DNA of 64,000 nucleotides, taken from Klebsiella phage KMI7. The stretch lies in the sequence record MN101221.1; one strand, written 5' to 3'. The notes under the pieces were generated by a model. The model saw only the letters and a program-made list of their open reading frames with translations, had not been told where the DNA came from and searched no databases. Shown here piece after piece: positions 9,677 through 19,185 of this stretch (positions are counted from its first letter, which is position 1; every line of letters begins with the position of its first letter). A program made the position numbers and the translations under genes.

Positions 9677-10006
9677 CTACAGCAAATTCAAGTTTACTCG
9701 ATGTTCTAAAACCAATAACCCTTCTGCTAACAAGTCACGGATCTTTCTCAGTTGAACAAGCTGGCGTTCAAGTTTAAACCCGTCGAATAACATGCTAAAA
9801 ATACTGGAATTGATACTATGATATTTTGCTTCTGCAATGCCCTGGTTAACCATCATGATAGCTTTGTTAACCAGTAGTTTCCTTTCCGTTACTGTATGTT
9901 CATCCAGTTGACAGGTTGCAAGGGAAACCAGATCATCATAAGCACGTTGATCAATAACGTTATCCATACGGGCCGCGAAAATTTTATTCATGTAAGTGCG
10001 GATCAT
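9677..10006 (-). CDS. hypothetical protein
   Basis: 109-aa ORF between 43 and regA (T4 has no genes here). Confidence 0.4.
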   Translation of the reverse strand: MIRTYMNKIFAARMDNVIDQRAYDDLVSLATCQLDEHTVTERKLLVNKAIMMVNQGIAEAKYHSINSSIFSMLFDGFKLERQLVQLRKIRDLLAEGLLVLEHRVNLNLL

Positions 10007-10290
10007 TGCGCGTCCTCCATTCTTTTCATAAAGACTTCTTTTGCTTGTTGGATCAAGTCCAGAGATTTTTTAATACGCTCATAGAAATGAGTGGTTTCAA
10101 CTTGATTGCATAACAACGTGTACTCTGAAATGTTACGATCGTAAAATCCAGGAAAGTAATGTTGTGCATAGCTGTAAGTGCGGGTATCTGACAGATTGCA
10201 AGTTAACGATAACAAGATGTCATCTTTTACAATCGGGATGATCAAAGTTTCGTTGGATTTGATTGAATCCATGATTTCGTTAATAGTCAT
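10003..10290 (-). CDS. hypothetical protein
   Basis: 95-aa ORF. Start is preceded by the conserved TIR TTGAGAGGGATATATTATG. Confidence 0.45.
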   Translation of the reverse strand: MTINEIMDSIKSNETLIIPIVKDDILLSLTCNLSDTRTYSYAQHYFPGFYDRNISEYTLLCNQVETTHFYERIKKSLDLIQQAKEVFMKRMEDAQ

Positions 10291-10318
10291 AATATATCCC
10301 TCTCAATGGTGTACACCC

Positions 10319-10360
10319 AATATAACAAAGCCCCTGCACGAATGCAAGGGCTTTTTGATT
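10319..10360. repeat. intergenic hairpin repeat copy A (AATATAACAAAGCCCCTGCACGAATGCAAGGGCTTTTTGATT)
   Basis: Near-identical to copies at 35271-35312 and 39682-39720. Confidence 0.8.
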
Positions 10361-10721
10361 AGTGACCGATCCGGTACTTGTACTTGAGGATCCAATCTGC
10401 TTTTTGCGAGTGAGTCAGTACGCGGAAGTTGTTTTCTTCTGCAAACTTCAACCCAGGGGTTACGATCTTAACCATGCCCCACTCTTCGAGAAGTCGCGCA
10501 ATGTTGTTCCGGCGTAGTTCGTCTTCTTCCGTCATATCGACTTGACGACCATCGAGTTTCAACAGTTCTTTAAAATGCACGATAAAATACTTACCTTGCT
10601 TTTTCAGAATGTGACACGATTGCCAGAGCATTTTCTTTTTGTTGTTTGCAATACCAATACGGGTTAGCGTTTCACGGATCTTTAAAAAAGAATCGTCGCT
10701 GATTAGTTGAATTTCTAACAT
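10359..10721 (-). CDS. regA: translational repressor RegA
   Basis: 120 aa (T4 RegA is 122 aa); close match across RETLTRIGIANNK...CHILKKQGKYFIVHFKELLKLDGRQVDMTEEDE. Confidence 0.9.
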   Translation of the reverse strand: MLEIQLISDDSFLKIRETLTRIGIANNKKKMLWQSCHILKKQGKYFIVHFKELLKLDGRQVDMTEEDELRRNNIARLLEEWGMVKIVTPGLKFAEENNFRVLTHSQKADWILKYKYRIGH

Positions 10722-10724
10722 ACA

Positions 10725-11288
10725 TCACCATTGTTTAATCAATTTTTCCAATTTCTTTTGTTCAGCTTTGTTTTTCACAATACCCAACAAAGACAGAGCG
10801 ACCTTTGCGTGTTTTCTTTTCCAATCCTCGAACATTCCGAGGTCTTTAAGTTCCTGCAAATATTCCATCGCTGTACGTGTATTTACACTGTATTTTTCGC
10901 GAAGGATTTCGATAATAATTTTCTCTTCAAAATCTTCCGATAGTTTAGCCCATGCACCGAAGCGTTTAGCCTTCCTAACAGAGTTGAGATAATAGTTATA
11001 GTGCATTTGGTCAGAGATACTACCGCCTACCAGATTCATCACATACGCGTTGTATATCGTGTCTATGTGCTGGCTCATTGCGTTGTCTACAAAGTACTTA
11101 TCATACACTTCATCGATAACCAACGGCGTTTTGCCGTTGTTGATTTCGTCTATGATGTTAAACAAGGTGTTTTCTTTATCCTTGCCGTACTCTTTGACCA
11201 GTTCTTCAACCTTATCCCAATCTTTAGAAAGCCAAGCGGATTCATGCGGGGATAACTCTTCTTCATCCAGAAATTCCGCCAGGCTCAT
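10725..11288 (-). CDS. 62: clamp-loader subunit gp62
   Basis: 187 aa (T4 gp62 is 187 aa); position between regA and 44. Confidence 0.8.
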   Translation of the reverse strand: MSLAEFLDEEELSPHESAWLSKDWDKVEELVKEYGKDKENTLFNIIDEINNGKTPLVIDEVYDKYFVDNAMSQHIDTIYNAYVMNLVGGSISDQMHYNYYLNSVRKAKRFGAWAKLSEDFEEKIIIEILREKYSVNTRTAMEYLQELKDLGMFEDWKRKHAKVALSLLGIVKNKAEQKKLEKLIKQW

Positions 11289-11290
11289 GA

Positions 11291-12289
11291 TTACGCCTCC
11301 CAGACCATAGAAAGCATCAGGTTCATCAACAGATATTGCAGATGAATTTCTTTATTCATCGCCAGCCCGTATTGCGCGTTGTTTTCGCCTACAATCTGGA
11401 TCAGTGCGATTTTCGAATCCTGATTCACGATAGGGTAAATCGTATCAGTCAATTTTCCGATAAAGGTATCGTATTCTGACGCATATTTAATAACCTCAGA
11501 GCGCAACCCTTTATAGTTCTTTTCTTTCAACAGGGTAATGATATGAGACACATCAGAACCAACGATCTCATTTAGGATCCCCGCATCAATTTCACCACGT
11601 TTCGAGTAGAACCCGATCGCTTTGATAATAGAACGCGCATCCGGATAATGCTCTTTAACAAACGCTGCAATGACTTTAGGATCATACTTGATATTCTCGA
11701 TTTCAAGGATACCGAAACAACGCTTGATTAACTGTTTCATCAGTTCGATACGTTCAGCATCAGACGGAACACCGAATTTAACAGGAGGACAACGAGAAAG
11801 CAGAGCACTATGCACACCGTTAATGTTGTTCGCCGTTACAATAACAGAAACGTTTTTACTGTATGCTTCGATAAAGCTACGCAAGTGTTTCTGTGCTTCC
11901 GCCATACCAGAACGATCGAATTCATCAATGATGATAATCTTTCCGCCCGGTTTCTGCGTCATTGATGAAGCAAAACGATCCAGTTCATTACGAATGAAGT
12001 TTACACCACAGTTCGAACCGTTGACAAAGAACACCTCAGCATCAACCTCACGGGCCAACACAAGCGCGAGGGTCGTTTTACCAGTGCCAGGGGAATCAGA
12101 TACAAGGGTCATGTTCTCAACACGCCCAGATTTGATTATGCCCCGCATAGCGGCTTTGTCACCAGAAGGTAAAATACACTCTTCAATCGTTGTTGGGCGA
12201 TAGCGCTGATCCCATGCAAATTCATCAGGAGATCGGGAGATTTTACCGTATTTGGTTTCGATGATTTCAATATTTTCACTAAGTTCCAT
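11291..12289 (-). CDS. 44: clamp-loader ATPase gp44 (RFC-like AAA+)
   Basis: 332 aa. Walker A SPGTGKTT, Walker B IIIIDEFD, SRC motif. Confidence 0.9.
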   Translation of the reverse strand: MELSENIEIIETKYGKISRSPDEFAWDQRYRPTTIEECILPSGDKAAMRGIIKSGRVENMTLVSDSPGTGKTTLALVLAREVDAEVFFVNGSNCGVNFIRNELDRFASSMTQKPGGKIIIIDEFDRSGMAEAQKHLRSFIEAYSKNVSVIVTANNINGVHSALLSRCPPVKFGVPSDAERIELMKQLIKRCFGILEIENIKYDPKVIAAFVKEHYPDARSIIKAIGFYSKRGEIDAGILNEIVGSDVSHIITLLKEKNYKGLRSEVIKYASEYDTFIGKLTDTIYPIVNQDSKIALIQIVGENNAQYGLAMNKEIHLQYLLMNLMLSMVWEA

Positions 12290-12347
12290 AATATACCTTC
12301 AAAATAAATGGTGTAAAAGAAAGGGGCCGTAGCCCCTTAAAACTATC

Positions 12348-13013
12348 TTACTTGAATGTGCTACTTGCTTCAAGTACGACGACGTAAGCAACGCCGTTAT
12401 CAGAAGAGAATTTTGCGGCCCCTTTTGAGGAAATCTCTACTTTGTAATCGCTGTTGATGAACTGCATGTTATCAATCTTCATATCGAAATTGAAAACATT
12501 GTCACCTTCATACTCACCGACTTCAACGGAGAAAGTTGATTGACTTTCTTTGCTTTTCGCGGTGATGACCAGTTTACCATCAATCGGTTCAACGGACAGG
12601 TCGGTCAGTTTCATCATGCGAGACGCTTTGATCAGTTTTTCGAAATCGTTAGCGGTAATCTGGAAAATCAGATCTGCTACTGGCATCACCAGACGTTTTT
12701 TTGGTTTCGGGATCGTTGTTGCGTCTGCTGAACGTTCGATGATCTTCATCTTATCGCCGCGAATCACGATTTCACCAGTGGAAATATCATGAGTGATTTC
12801 CGCGTCAGTGCCGACGATGTTCAGCATGTTCAGGAATGAGTTGAGATCGTAGATACCAACATCTTCATCAATCACATCAGCAATTTCAGCTTCTGCGTAT
12901 ACAACGCTGTTGATTGATTTCGTCATGATGAATGAACCTTTGGTCAGCATGATCGAAGAGTTGATTTGAGAAAAGTTTTTCAGGATATCAATAGTTTGTT
13001 TAGAGAATTTCAT
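12348..13013 (-). CDS. 45: sliding clamp gp45
   Basis: 221 aa (T4 gp45 is 228 aa); N-terminal MKFSKQTIDILKNFSQINSSIML matches T4 MKLSKDTTALLKNFATINSGIML. Confidence 0.9.
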   Translation of the reverse strand: MKFSKQTIDILKNFSQINSSIMLTKGSFIMTKSINSVVYAEAEIADVIDEDVGIYDLNSFLNMLNIVGTDAEITHDISTGEIVIRGDKMKIIERSADATTIPKPKKRLVMPVADLIFQITANDFEKLIKASRMMKLTDLSVEPIDGKLVITAKSKESQSTFSVEVGEYEGDNVFNFDMKIDNMQFINSDYKVEISSKGAAKFSSDNGVAYVVVLEASSTFK

Positions 13014-13039
13014 ATTCAGCCTTTAGTTTTCAATAAGTG

Positions 13040-13309
13040 TTACTTAATAAGTGATTTTACAACGGTTTCCGCTGCGGTGTCAAGCATATCAGCCATTTCT
13101 TTAACGGTTGTACGCTTCGGATCTTCGCGGCGTTCGCTGGTAAGTTTACGATGTTCCGCAACCACTTTTTCATCAATGTCACGATAGTGTTTAAAACGTT
13201 CCTCTTGAGGCATAGCTTTAAACAGTTCTTTGGTTTCGTCCGAGAGTTTAGCAACCCAGGATTTACGGACGCGGTTCATGTAGTCAACAAAAACATTACT
13301 TTCATTCAT
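13040..13309 (-). CDS. hypothetical protein (occupies the rpbA-like position next to 45)
   Basis: 89-aa ORF; no motif recognised. Confidence 0.4.
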   Translation of the reverse strand: MNESNVFVDYMNRVRKSWVAKLSDETKELFKAMPQEERFKHYRDIDEKVVAEHRKLTSERREDPKRTTVKEMADMLDTAAETVVKSLIK

Positions 13310-13364
13310 ATATTTCTTCTCTAACTTAGAATTCTTTGAGTGGGGGCCGAAGCCCCCGCTTGTA

Positions 13365-14336
13365 TTACATGTCTAACAGTTTATCCAGGTCATCATCACC
13401 GGAGCTATCAGAATCATCCAGATCGAACGGTACGCCGTCATCTTCGCCTACCGGAACCGATGCAACACCACCAGATGATTTCACATCAGATGTCTGATTG
13501 TCAAACTTAGCCATTTCGTTATCGAAGTTGCTCAGTTCGCTATCAAGGTCAGCGGAAGCACTGGAACCAGCAGAACCGATCGAACTACCCATAACTTTAT
13601 TGAAGCGAGTAGTCAGGTCAGCCAGCGATTTGAATTCGCTTTCGGCGGTGATCGGGCGGAGATCGCTCATACCTTCGAAAATTGCTTTCTGAACTTCTTC
13701 ATCGTCGATGTTTTTGATCTTAGCCGGAACACCAAACGAGCTATCGTCATAGTTAGGCCAATCACCAACTTTTTTCGCTTTCAGGGTGAAGTTAGCACCA
13801 TCAAACGGACAGGTTACAGCAATACCCGGTTCATCAAGTTCTGGATTACCGTTAATTGCGGCGGTGATCTTGTCCATGATTTTCTTACCGAAGCGATATT
13901 TGAACACCTTACCTTCGTTTTCTGGAGCGCCTGGGTCTTTAACGATCAGGACGTTAGCCCAGAAACTTTGTTTACGACCGATCTGGCTCAGTAGTTTATC
14001 TTCTGGCCCGTTTTTGTTGGCTTTAGCCTTCTCATACAGATCGTTTTCAGAAATGTACTTACATGCAGGACAGCCGTCATAATCGCCGTGGGTAGAGGAA
14101 CAGTTCTCAATGTACCACTGGTTGTTTTTCTTGAAAGAGTGGCTCACGATACGGACGAACGCCAGTTCATCATCGGAACGTGCTGGGAGGAATCGAATAA
14201 CGGCGGAACCGTTTTTCTGTGCGTCCAGGGTCAGTTTCCATTCTTTCTCATCTTTCTGGAAGCCGGAACCACCTTTCAGATTTGCTACCTGTGCCTGGAG
14301 TTTAGCGGGATCTTGACGTTTAAAAATGCTGCTCAT
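13365..14336 (-). CDS. 32: single-stranded DNA-binding protein gp32
   Basis: 323 aa. Strong match to T4 gp32 (KEWKLTLDAQKNGSAVIRFLP, KVFKYRFGKKI, acidic C-terminal DLDDSDSSGDDDLDKLL). Confidence 0.9.
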   Translation of the reverse strand: MSSIFKRQDPAKLQAQVANLKGGSGFQKDEKEWKLTLDAQKNGSAVIRFLPARSDDELAFVRIVSHSFKKNNQWYIENCSSTHGDYDGCPACKYISENDLYEKAKANKNGPEDKLLSQIGRKQSFWANVLIVKDPGAPENEGKVFKYRFGKKIMDKITAAINGNPELDEPGIAVTCPFDGANFTLKAKKVGDWPNYDDSSFGVPAKIKNIDDEEVQKAIFEGMSDLRPITAESEFKSLADLTTRFNKVMGSSIGSAGSSASADLDSELSNFDNEMAKFDNQTSDVKSSGGVASVPVGEDDGVPFDLDDSDSSGDDDLDKLLDM

Positions 14337-14351
14337 ATTCTGTTTTCTCGT

Positions 14352-15011
14352 TTAGTTTAGTTTGATTAACGTTTGTTTCATTAAGTTTCGATATTTTATG
14401 ATATCTTTTTCAGTAAGGTCAAATATTTTTCTGTATGCCTTTAACTTAATGCTAAAGTCAGACCAAATAATATCATCAGCTACTTGATCGTGTTTATTTA
14501 TGATACCTAAAAATGAGTCAAAAATCAAAAACGATTCGTAAGATATCACATTTGACAGGACAAGTTTGCTTATGTAGGACGTTGATGATTTTTCGCTGTA
14601 CTTGAACACCAGAGACACGGGGATCTCTTTCATTTTGGCGAATTCGTACACGTTTTTAACGTCATCCACAAACACGTTATCTAGTCTTTGTAATTTTCCT
14701 ATGTACTGCCTGTAAAAGACAATACTATCTTCATCAACATCGCCTACCCAGAAATCCGGATTGGCTACGAAGTTGGAGAGGAATATAAAATAGATTTCTT
14801 TGAATGTAAAGCGTTGAGCTAATTTTACAAAGAAATATCTATCCTTTCGCTTGTTAAAGGCGTTTTCACTAACTTTGATCTGCCAGTTGTATTGAAGGAC
14901 ATCAAAACGCCCCTGGAAATGAGTTTTCATCGCCAGATATAACTTGTATACAGACAAAGGCACAAGCCGTGAATTCGCCTCACTATCAGCAAACGGAGCT
15001 TTAAATCTCAC
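14352..15011 (-). CDS. 59: helicase loader gp59
   Basis: 219 aa (T4 gp59 is 217 aa). SVYKLYLAMKTHFQGRFDVLQYNW..., FSIKLKAYRKI closely match T4 gp59. Confidence 0.85.
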   Translation of the reverse strand: MRFKAPFADSEANSRLVPLSVYKLYLAMKTHFQGRFDVLQYNWQIKVSENAFNKRKDRYFFVKLAQRFTFKEIYFIFLSNFVANPDFWVGDVDEDSIVFYRQYIGKLQRLDNVFVDDVKNVYEFAKMKEIPVSLVFKYSEKSSTSYISKLVLSNVISYESFLIFDSFLGIINKHDQVADDIIWSDFSIKLKAYRKIFDLTEKDIIKYRNLMKQTLIKLN

Positions 15012-15253
15012 ATGAAGCCGTCCAGAGTGGTTGATGAACTATGTTCAAGCGCAACCGATGGGCGAAGCATGTTTCCTTTGATCGCTTCGTCGCTAATCTT
15101 ATCAAGGATCGCGCGAGGAACCGTTTTATTCAGCATCGCATAATCAATGGAATTTTCATCCATCCATTGTAGCGTTGCTTCCATGTAGGTTGCCCCCTCA
15201 GAGGCAACCAGATTTTCGATATACAAACCGACTTCGGTCTTATTTCCGATCAT
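15008..15253 (-). CDS. hypothetical protein (dsbA/33-region small ORF)
   Basis: 81-aa ORF between 59 and rnh. T4 has dsbA and 33 here; identity not verifiable by eye. Confidence 0.35.
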   Translation of the reverse strand: MIGNKTEVGLYIENLVASEGATYMEATLQWMDENSIDYAMLNKTVPRAILDKISDEAIKGNMLRPSVALEHSSSTTLDGFM

Positions 15254-15256
15254 GCT

Positions 15257-15520
15257 TTACGCCTTATCGATCATATCATACAGTTCGATCAGTTCGTTGT
15301 TTTCTTCTTCGAAAGCGGTACGGGCCTGTTCGTGATACAGTTTGAACAGTTTCCCGAAGGTTTTTCCGTCGATACCGAAATCAGTTTTTGCTTTGGATTT
15401 GATATCCTTGAAAGTACCGTTGAAGATCTCAACTTGAGTTTTCACGTTGGATGCTTCTTTGATCAGTTCTTTTACCTGTTTTGCTACATCAGGGTTTGTT
15501 TGTAAAAATTCTACACTCAT
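15257..15520 (-). CDS. hypothetical protein (possible gp33/DsbA-like late-transcription factor)
   Basis: 87-aa ORF; synteny only. Confidence 0.35.
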   Translation of the reverse strand: MSVEFLQTNPDVAKQVKELIKEASNVKTQVEIFNGTFKDIKSKAKTDFGIDGKTFGKLFKLYHEQARTAFEEENNELIELYDMIDKA

Positions 15521-15529
15521 TTTGTTACC

Positions 15530-16465
15530 TCAAAAATCACTTAGTTTTTCGAACATACGGGAAAGTTTGTTATCCATGAAGTAACGTTCCATTTTGGCTT
15601 TACTTCCGGATTTTGGAGTATTATACGCTTCAATAATCGAATTTTCAATATCTTTTGGTATAAATTCGAAATCACGTAGTTCCTCGTTTTCTTTGTAACG
15701 TGCGGCCCATTCAGGGGTCATCAACGTTGTCGGGTCGTCTGCCTCTAGCCATGCCTCTAACTCAGAGGATTTTACCGCTGGGGCGCGTTCACCTTCAACT
15801 TTCGTCACAATATAATCATTTCTGATTTTAATGCAAGCGATACTATCTTTTTTATCGCCTTTGATATTTTTGTATCGCAGATCGTTACGTGGTGAACCGT
15901 ACTTAGGCGTTACCCATTTTTTCTGGGGAGGCGACCATTGACGAACACCGTTATATTTTTGTAGTTGTGTAAAGTCGCTATCAGCGGAAACCACTAATAC
16001 TCGTCTACCTTCACCAACAGCCTTTTTCGTAACAACAGCAATTATATCATCAGCTTCCGCGAATTCAACCTTTAATCCGAGATAAGGCATATTCTGACGG
16101 ATTTCTTCGAACACCGGATTCAGGAAGTTGTTCAGACGATCCCAATCCCATTCTGATTCTTCGTGTTCGATCTGACGACGTTTTTTGTAGTACCAGGCTT
16201 TTTGCCTACGCCAGTAATTTCTGTCATCGAAGGCAATCACGATTTCTGGATACTCGCCTTTAAATTTTACAACGTTAAACCTTAAAGTGTCAAGCACCAG
16301 ATGACGAATCATTTCGATCGTGATGGATGCTTGTTCCTTTGGTTTGAAGTTATTCATCAGTGTAGCGATGGAAATGTTAGAGATATCGATGACCATAGTA
16401 TCATCGGGTTCCCCTTCATCTTGCATCAGCTTGTTCAAGTTAAACATGCTTGCAAAGCTGCTCAT
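15530..16465 (-). CDS. rnh: RNase H / 5'-3' flap exonuclease
   Basis: 311 aa (T4 Rnh is 305 aa). Matches YWRR, EWDW, ADD, SSDGDFTQL-like SADSDFTQL, GDKKD motifs. Confidence 0.85.
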   Translation of the reverse strand: MSSFASMFNLNKLMQDEGEPDDTMVIDISNISIATLMNNFKPKEQASITIEMIRHLVLDTLRFNVVKFKGEYPEIVIAFDDRNYWRRQKAWYYKKRRQIEHEESEWDWDRLNNFLNPVFEEIRQNMPYLGLKVEFAEADDIIAVVTKKAVGEGRRVLVVSADSDFTQLQKYNGVRQWSPPQKKWVTPKYGSPRNDLRYKNIKGDKKDSIACIKIRNDYIVTKVEGERAPAVKSSELEAWLEADDPTTLMTPEWAARYKENEELRDFEFIPKDIENSIIEAYNTPKSGSKAKMERYFMDNKLSRMFEKLSDF

Positions 16466-16557
16466 ACATACCTCAATTTTTCAAAGAACGGGGTTATTGT
16501 AGTAACTTACGAAATGAAGTCAATACAAAAGATCATAAAATTTTTGATCAATAATAC

Positions 16558-16586
16558 TTGATTTGATCAAATTTATGATCTATAAT
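16558..16586 (+). promoter_or_regulatory. sigma70-like early promoter TTGATT-N17-TATAAT
   Basis: TTGATT at 16558-16563, 17-nt spacer ending ATGATC, TATAAT at 16581-16586. Directed toward gene 55, inside the GATC-rich island. Confidence 0.5.
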
Positions 16587-16728
16587 TTATTAATTAATAA
16601 TTATTTTACTACAATGATCATTGTAGGTCAAGTACTAAAATCAATAAATTTTATATAATTTAGATCTGATCTATAGATCATTAGATCTACTTTAACCTTA
16701 AATAATATAGAATGAAATTTGATTTTGT

Positions 16729-16756
16729 CTACAGTTATTATATAATATTCTTAACT
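16729..16756 (+). promoter_or_regulatory. candidate promoter TTGATT-N16-TATAAT proximal to gene 55
   Basis: TATAAT at 16751-16756, 14 nt upstream of ATG 16770; the RBS AAGAGGAAAT lies between them. Confidence 0.4.
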
Positions 16757-16769
16757 TCAAAGAGGAAAT

Positions 16770-17297
16770 ATGAATACTATGACTAAAGAAACAACCAATA
16801 TCTACGCAGACAATGAAAAATTATACCCTATCCTCTGTGCATGGAAAAAGCAAATCGCCGAAACAGGTGATCGCAAAATGCCTAATGAGTTGGGGGCTGC
16901 TATTATGGATATTGCAAACGGGCTATCACGTCGTTACAACTTCAACCGTTATTCCGAAGATTGGAAAATGGATATGATTGATGACGGAATTTCCGCTGCA
17001 ATCTCAGGACTGCATAACTTCGATGAAACTCGTTATACCAACGTTTACGGTTACATTAACAAAGCATGTTGGCAAGCATTCGTAACACGTATTCTGTACG
17101 AGAAAAAAGAGAACGCGAAGAAATATAAATTCTTCCTTGAGCACGTTTACGACTGCGAAGATTCAGATATGGTTAGTATTGCAGACGAAGGTTTCATTCA
17201 AGATCTACATGACAAACTATCTCAGTACGAGGCTTCCGCCACCAAAACCAAAGACAAGGAAGCGGAAGTATTCCCAACATTGGAAGATTTTCTATGA
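16770..17297 (+). CDS. 55: late sigma factor gp55
   Basis: 175 aa (T4 gp55 is 185 aa). Sigma region-2-like segment, synteny with 47/46. Confidence 0.85.
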   Translation: MNTMTKETTNIYADNEKLYPILCAWKKQIAETGDRKMPNELGAAIMDIANGLSRRYNFNRYSEDWKMDMIDDGISAAISGLHNFDETRYTNVYGYINKACWQAFVTRILYEKKENAKKYKFFLEHVYDCEDSDMVSIADEGFIQDLHDKLSQYEASATKTKDKEAEVFPTLEDFL

Positions 17298-17509
17298 AAG
17301 CAATAATTGACTTAAACAAAATATTAACTGATATCGATTACGAAATTGACTTGCTACCCTACTTCGTAAAATTAGAGTTGCAAAACGTGGGAATCCCGGT
17401 TATCATCGATCCAACTGACGTAAGAAACCCCGATTTCGAAGTAGAAGAAGGGGTTTTGTCTTATATGATAAACGCCGAAACTATGATCATGGAGATCACT
17501 TATGATTGA
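17294..17509 (+). CDS. hypothetical protein
   Basis: 71-aa ORF with start/stop overlaps to neighbours (translational coupling). Confidence 0.4.
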   Translation: MKAIIDLNKILTDIDYEIDLLPYFVKLELQNVGIPVIIDPTDVRNPDFEVEEGVLSYMINAETMIMEITYD

Positions 17510-17828
17510 TGAAGAGAAAGAAGTACTAACCAGTGTGGAAGAAGTGGATCCAGAAGAGGAAATTCAACAAAAGATCCAGGCACGTGTAGAAGCCGACGCA
17601 TTGAAGCGAGCACAAAAATTCATTAAGAAGAACCGGACTGAGATCAAACGCCTCCGTAGACACGCAGAGGAAGCCCTATTCAGGGGTAATAAAGTTCAGT
17701 ATGTGTATGCGGTTAAGAAACTTCGTGATATGCTCAAACAGCCGTATACAGAGGATTTCATTGATACGATGTGGAACACTTCACTAGCATCAATTCGAAA
17801 TATCGTAGCTTCACAACAGAAGCAATAA
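17502..17828 (+). CDS. hypothetical basic coiled-coil protein
   Basis: 108-aa ORF. Confidence 0.45.
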   Translation: MIDEEKEVLTSVEEVDPEEEIQQKIQARVEADALKRAQKFIKKNRTEIKRLRRHAEEALFRGNKVQYVYAVKKLRDMLKQPYTEDFIDTMWNTSLASIRNIVASQQKQ

Positions 17829-17836
17829 CAAACAAG

Positions 17837-17854
17837 TAGCCCCGAAAGGGGCTA
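17837..17854 (+). terminator. stem-loop TAGCCCCGAAAGGGGCTA
   Basis: Perfect GC hairpin between the 108-aa ORF and gene 47. No long T-run follows, so it may act as an RNA-stability element rather than a terminator. Confidence 0.35.
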
Positions 17855-17864
17855 TGAGGGTCTT

Positions 17865-18911
17865 ATGAGAAAGTACTTAATGATCGGGGATACTCACGCT
17901 GGCTTGCGTCAGGACAACCCCTGGAATGAAGAAAACCTATACAATGTATTCGTACAAATCGTAGAACACTGCAAAGCAAACGGCATTACCGAGGCTTTCC
18001 ATGCTGGTGATTTCTTTGATGTGCGCAAGGCCACCACACAAACCACGATGAAATTCATTCGTGAACGTATTGTGCCACTACTGGAAGAAGCCGGATTACA
18101 TATCTATGTTCTGGTTGGGAACCACGATTGCCAGTTTAAAGACAAGATCCGCCCTAACTCACCGCGAGAGATTCTTGATCAGTATGATTGCTTCACGGTT
18201 GTTGATGAACCGATGACAGTAAATCTTGATACTTCTCCGCTGCAATCAATAGATTTGATCCCGTGGATTTGTCAAGAAAACACACAACAGATTTTTGATT
18301 TCATCAAAAAGTCAAAATCTCAATACTGCTTAGGACACTTTGAACTGTCCGGATACTATTTCTATAAGAACAGTAAAGCGGATCATGGGCTTGAACCTGA
18401 TTTCTTAAAGAAATATGATATCGTGTATTCAGGCCACTATCATCACGCTAACGAAGGCGCTAACGTTTTCTATATCGGTACACCTCTTACCATGAGTGCG
18501 AACGATGAGGACGAAACCAGGGGCTTCTATGAGCTATCTTATGGCGACGGTAAACGTGAATTAACTTTCATTGCTAACCCAGTATGCCACCATCGCCGGA
18601 TCACCTATCCGGATCAAAAAGATGTTGATGTTGCAGATTACAAAAATTGCTCTGTTCGCTTGATTGTACGCGAAGTTGATAACGATTTGCCTAAGTTTCA
18701 AACAAAACTGGAAGAAACAGTTTATGAGTTGAACATTGTCGATCGCGTGATCACTGATTCAGAAGTCGATACTGATTTTGAAATCAAAAGTGTATCTGGA
18801 TTGATTAGTGAGTACATCAACAACATGCAGATCACTCCAGAAGAAAAGACCGAAGTATCTGCAATAATGAGTGCATTGTATGCAGAGGTTACGAGCAATG
18901 GAAATAGTTGA
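17865..18911 (+). CDS. 47: recombination endonuclease subunit gp47 (Mre11/SbcD-like)
   Basis: 348 aa (T4 gp47 is 339 aa). Phosphoesterase motifs GDTHAG, GDFFD, GNHD, GHYH. Confidence 0.9.
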   Translation: MRKYLMIGDTHAGLRQDNPWNEENLYNVFVQIVEHCKANGITEAFHAGDFFDVRKATTQTTMKFIRERIVPLLEEAGLHIYVLVGNHDCQFKDKIRPNSPREILDQYDCFTVVDEPMTVNLDTSPLQSIDLIPWICQENTQQIFDFIKKSKSQYCLGHFELSGYYFYKNSKADHGLEPDFLKKYDIVYSGHYHHANEGANVFYIGTPLTMSANDEDETRGFYELSYGDGKRELTFIANPVCHHRRITYPDQKDVDVADYKNCSVRLIVREVDNDLPKFQTKLEETVYELNIVDRVITDSEVDTDFEIKSVSGLISEYINNMQITPEEKTEVSAIMSALYAEVTSNGNS

Positions 18912-19185
18912 TTACGTTAATATTTTAAACGAAGAAGGGCGATATAAAGCCCTTTATAAAATGTTTGGATTTGATGTGATTGTTGCAGTACAGCAGGATT
19001 CCTATAATGAGTATGTGTCATTGGGGTTCACTCTGATTAAAGATAACTATCACGAAACAAAGGTTTGGACATTTACTGTCCTGAATAGCATGGATGAAGA
19101 TTCCGTGATATACTGCTTTGATAGCACGATTACAAACATGATTAGTGATATATCCCAAAGGATAATTGATGAAACTCAAATTTAA
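18898..19185 (+). CDS. hypothetical protein between 47 and 46
   Basis: ORF 18871-19185; probable start MEIVDYVN at 18898. Overlaps both neighbours slightly. Confidence 0.35.
   Translation: MEIVDYVNILNEEGRYKALYKMFGFDVIVAVQQDSYNEYVSLGFTLIKDNYHETKVWTFTVLNSMDEDSVIYCFDSTITNMISDISQRIIDETQI

Noticed and set aside
16466-16769. Inverted-repeat AGATCTGATCTATAGATCATTAGATCT as a transposon end or IS element
   Set aside because: There are no flanking direct repeats, no transposase ORF, and the same GATC-palindrome style recurs in the second promoter island. It is more consistent with regulatory or origin-like GATC clustering than a mobile element.
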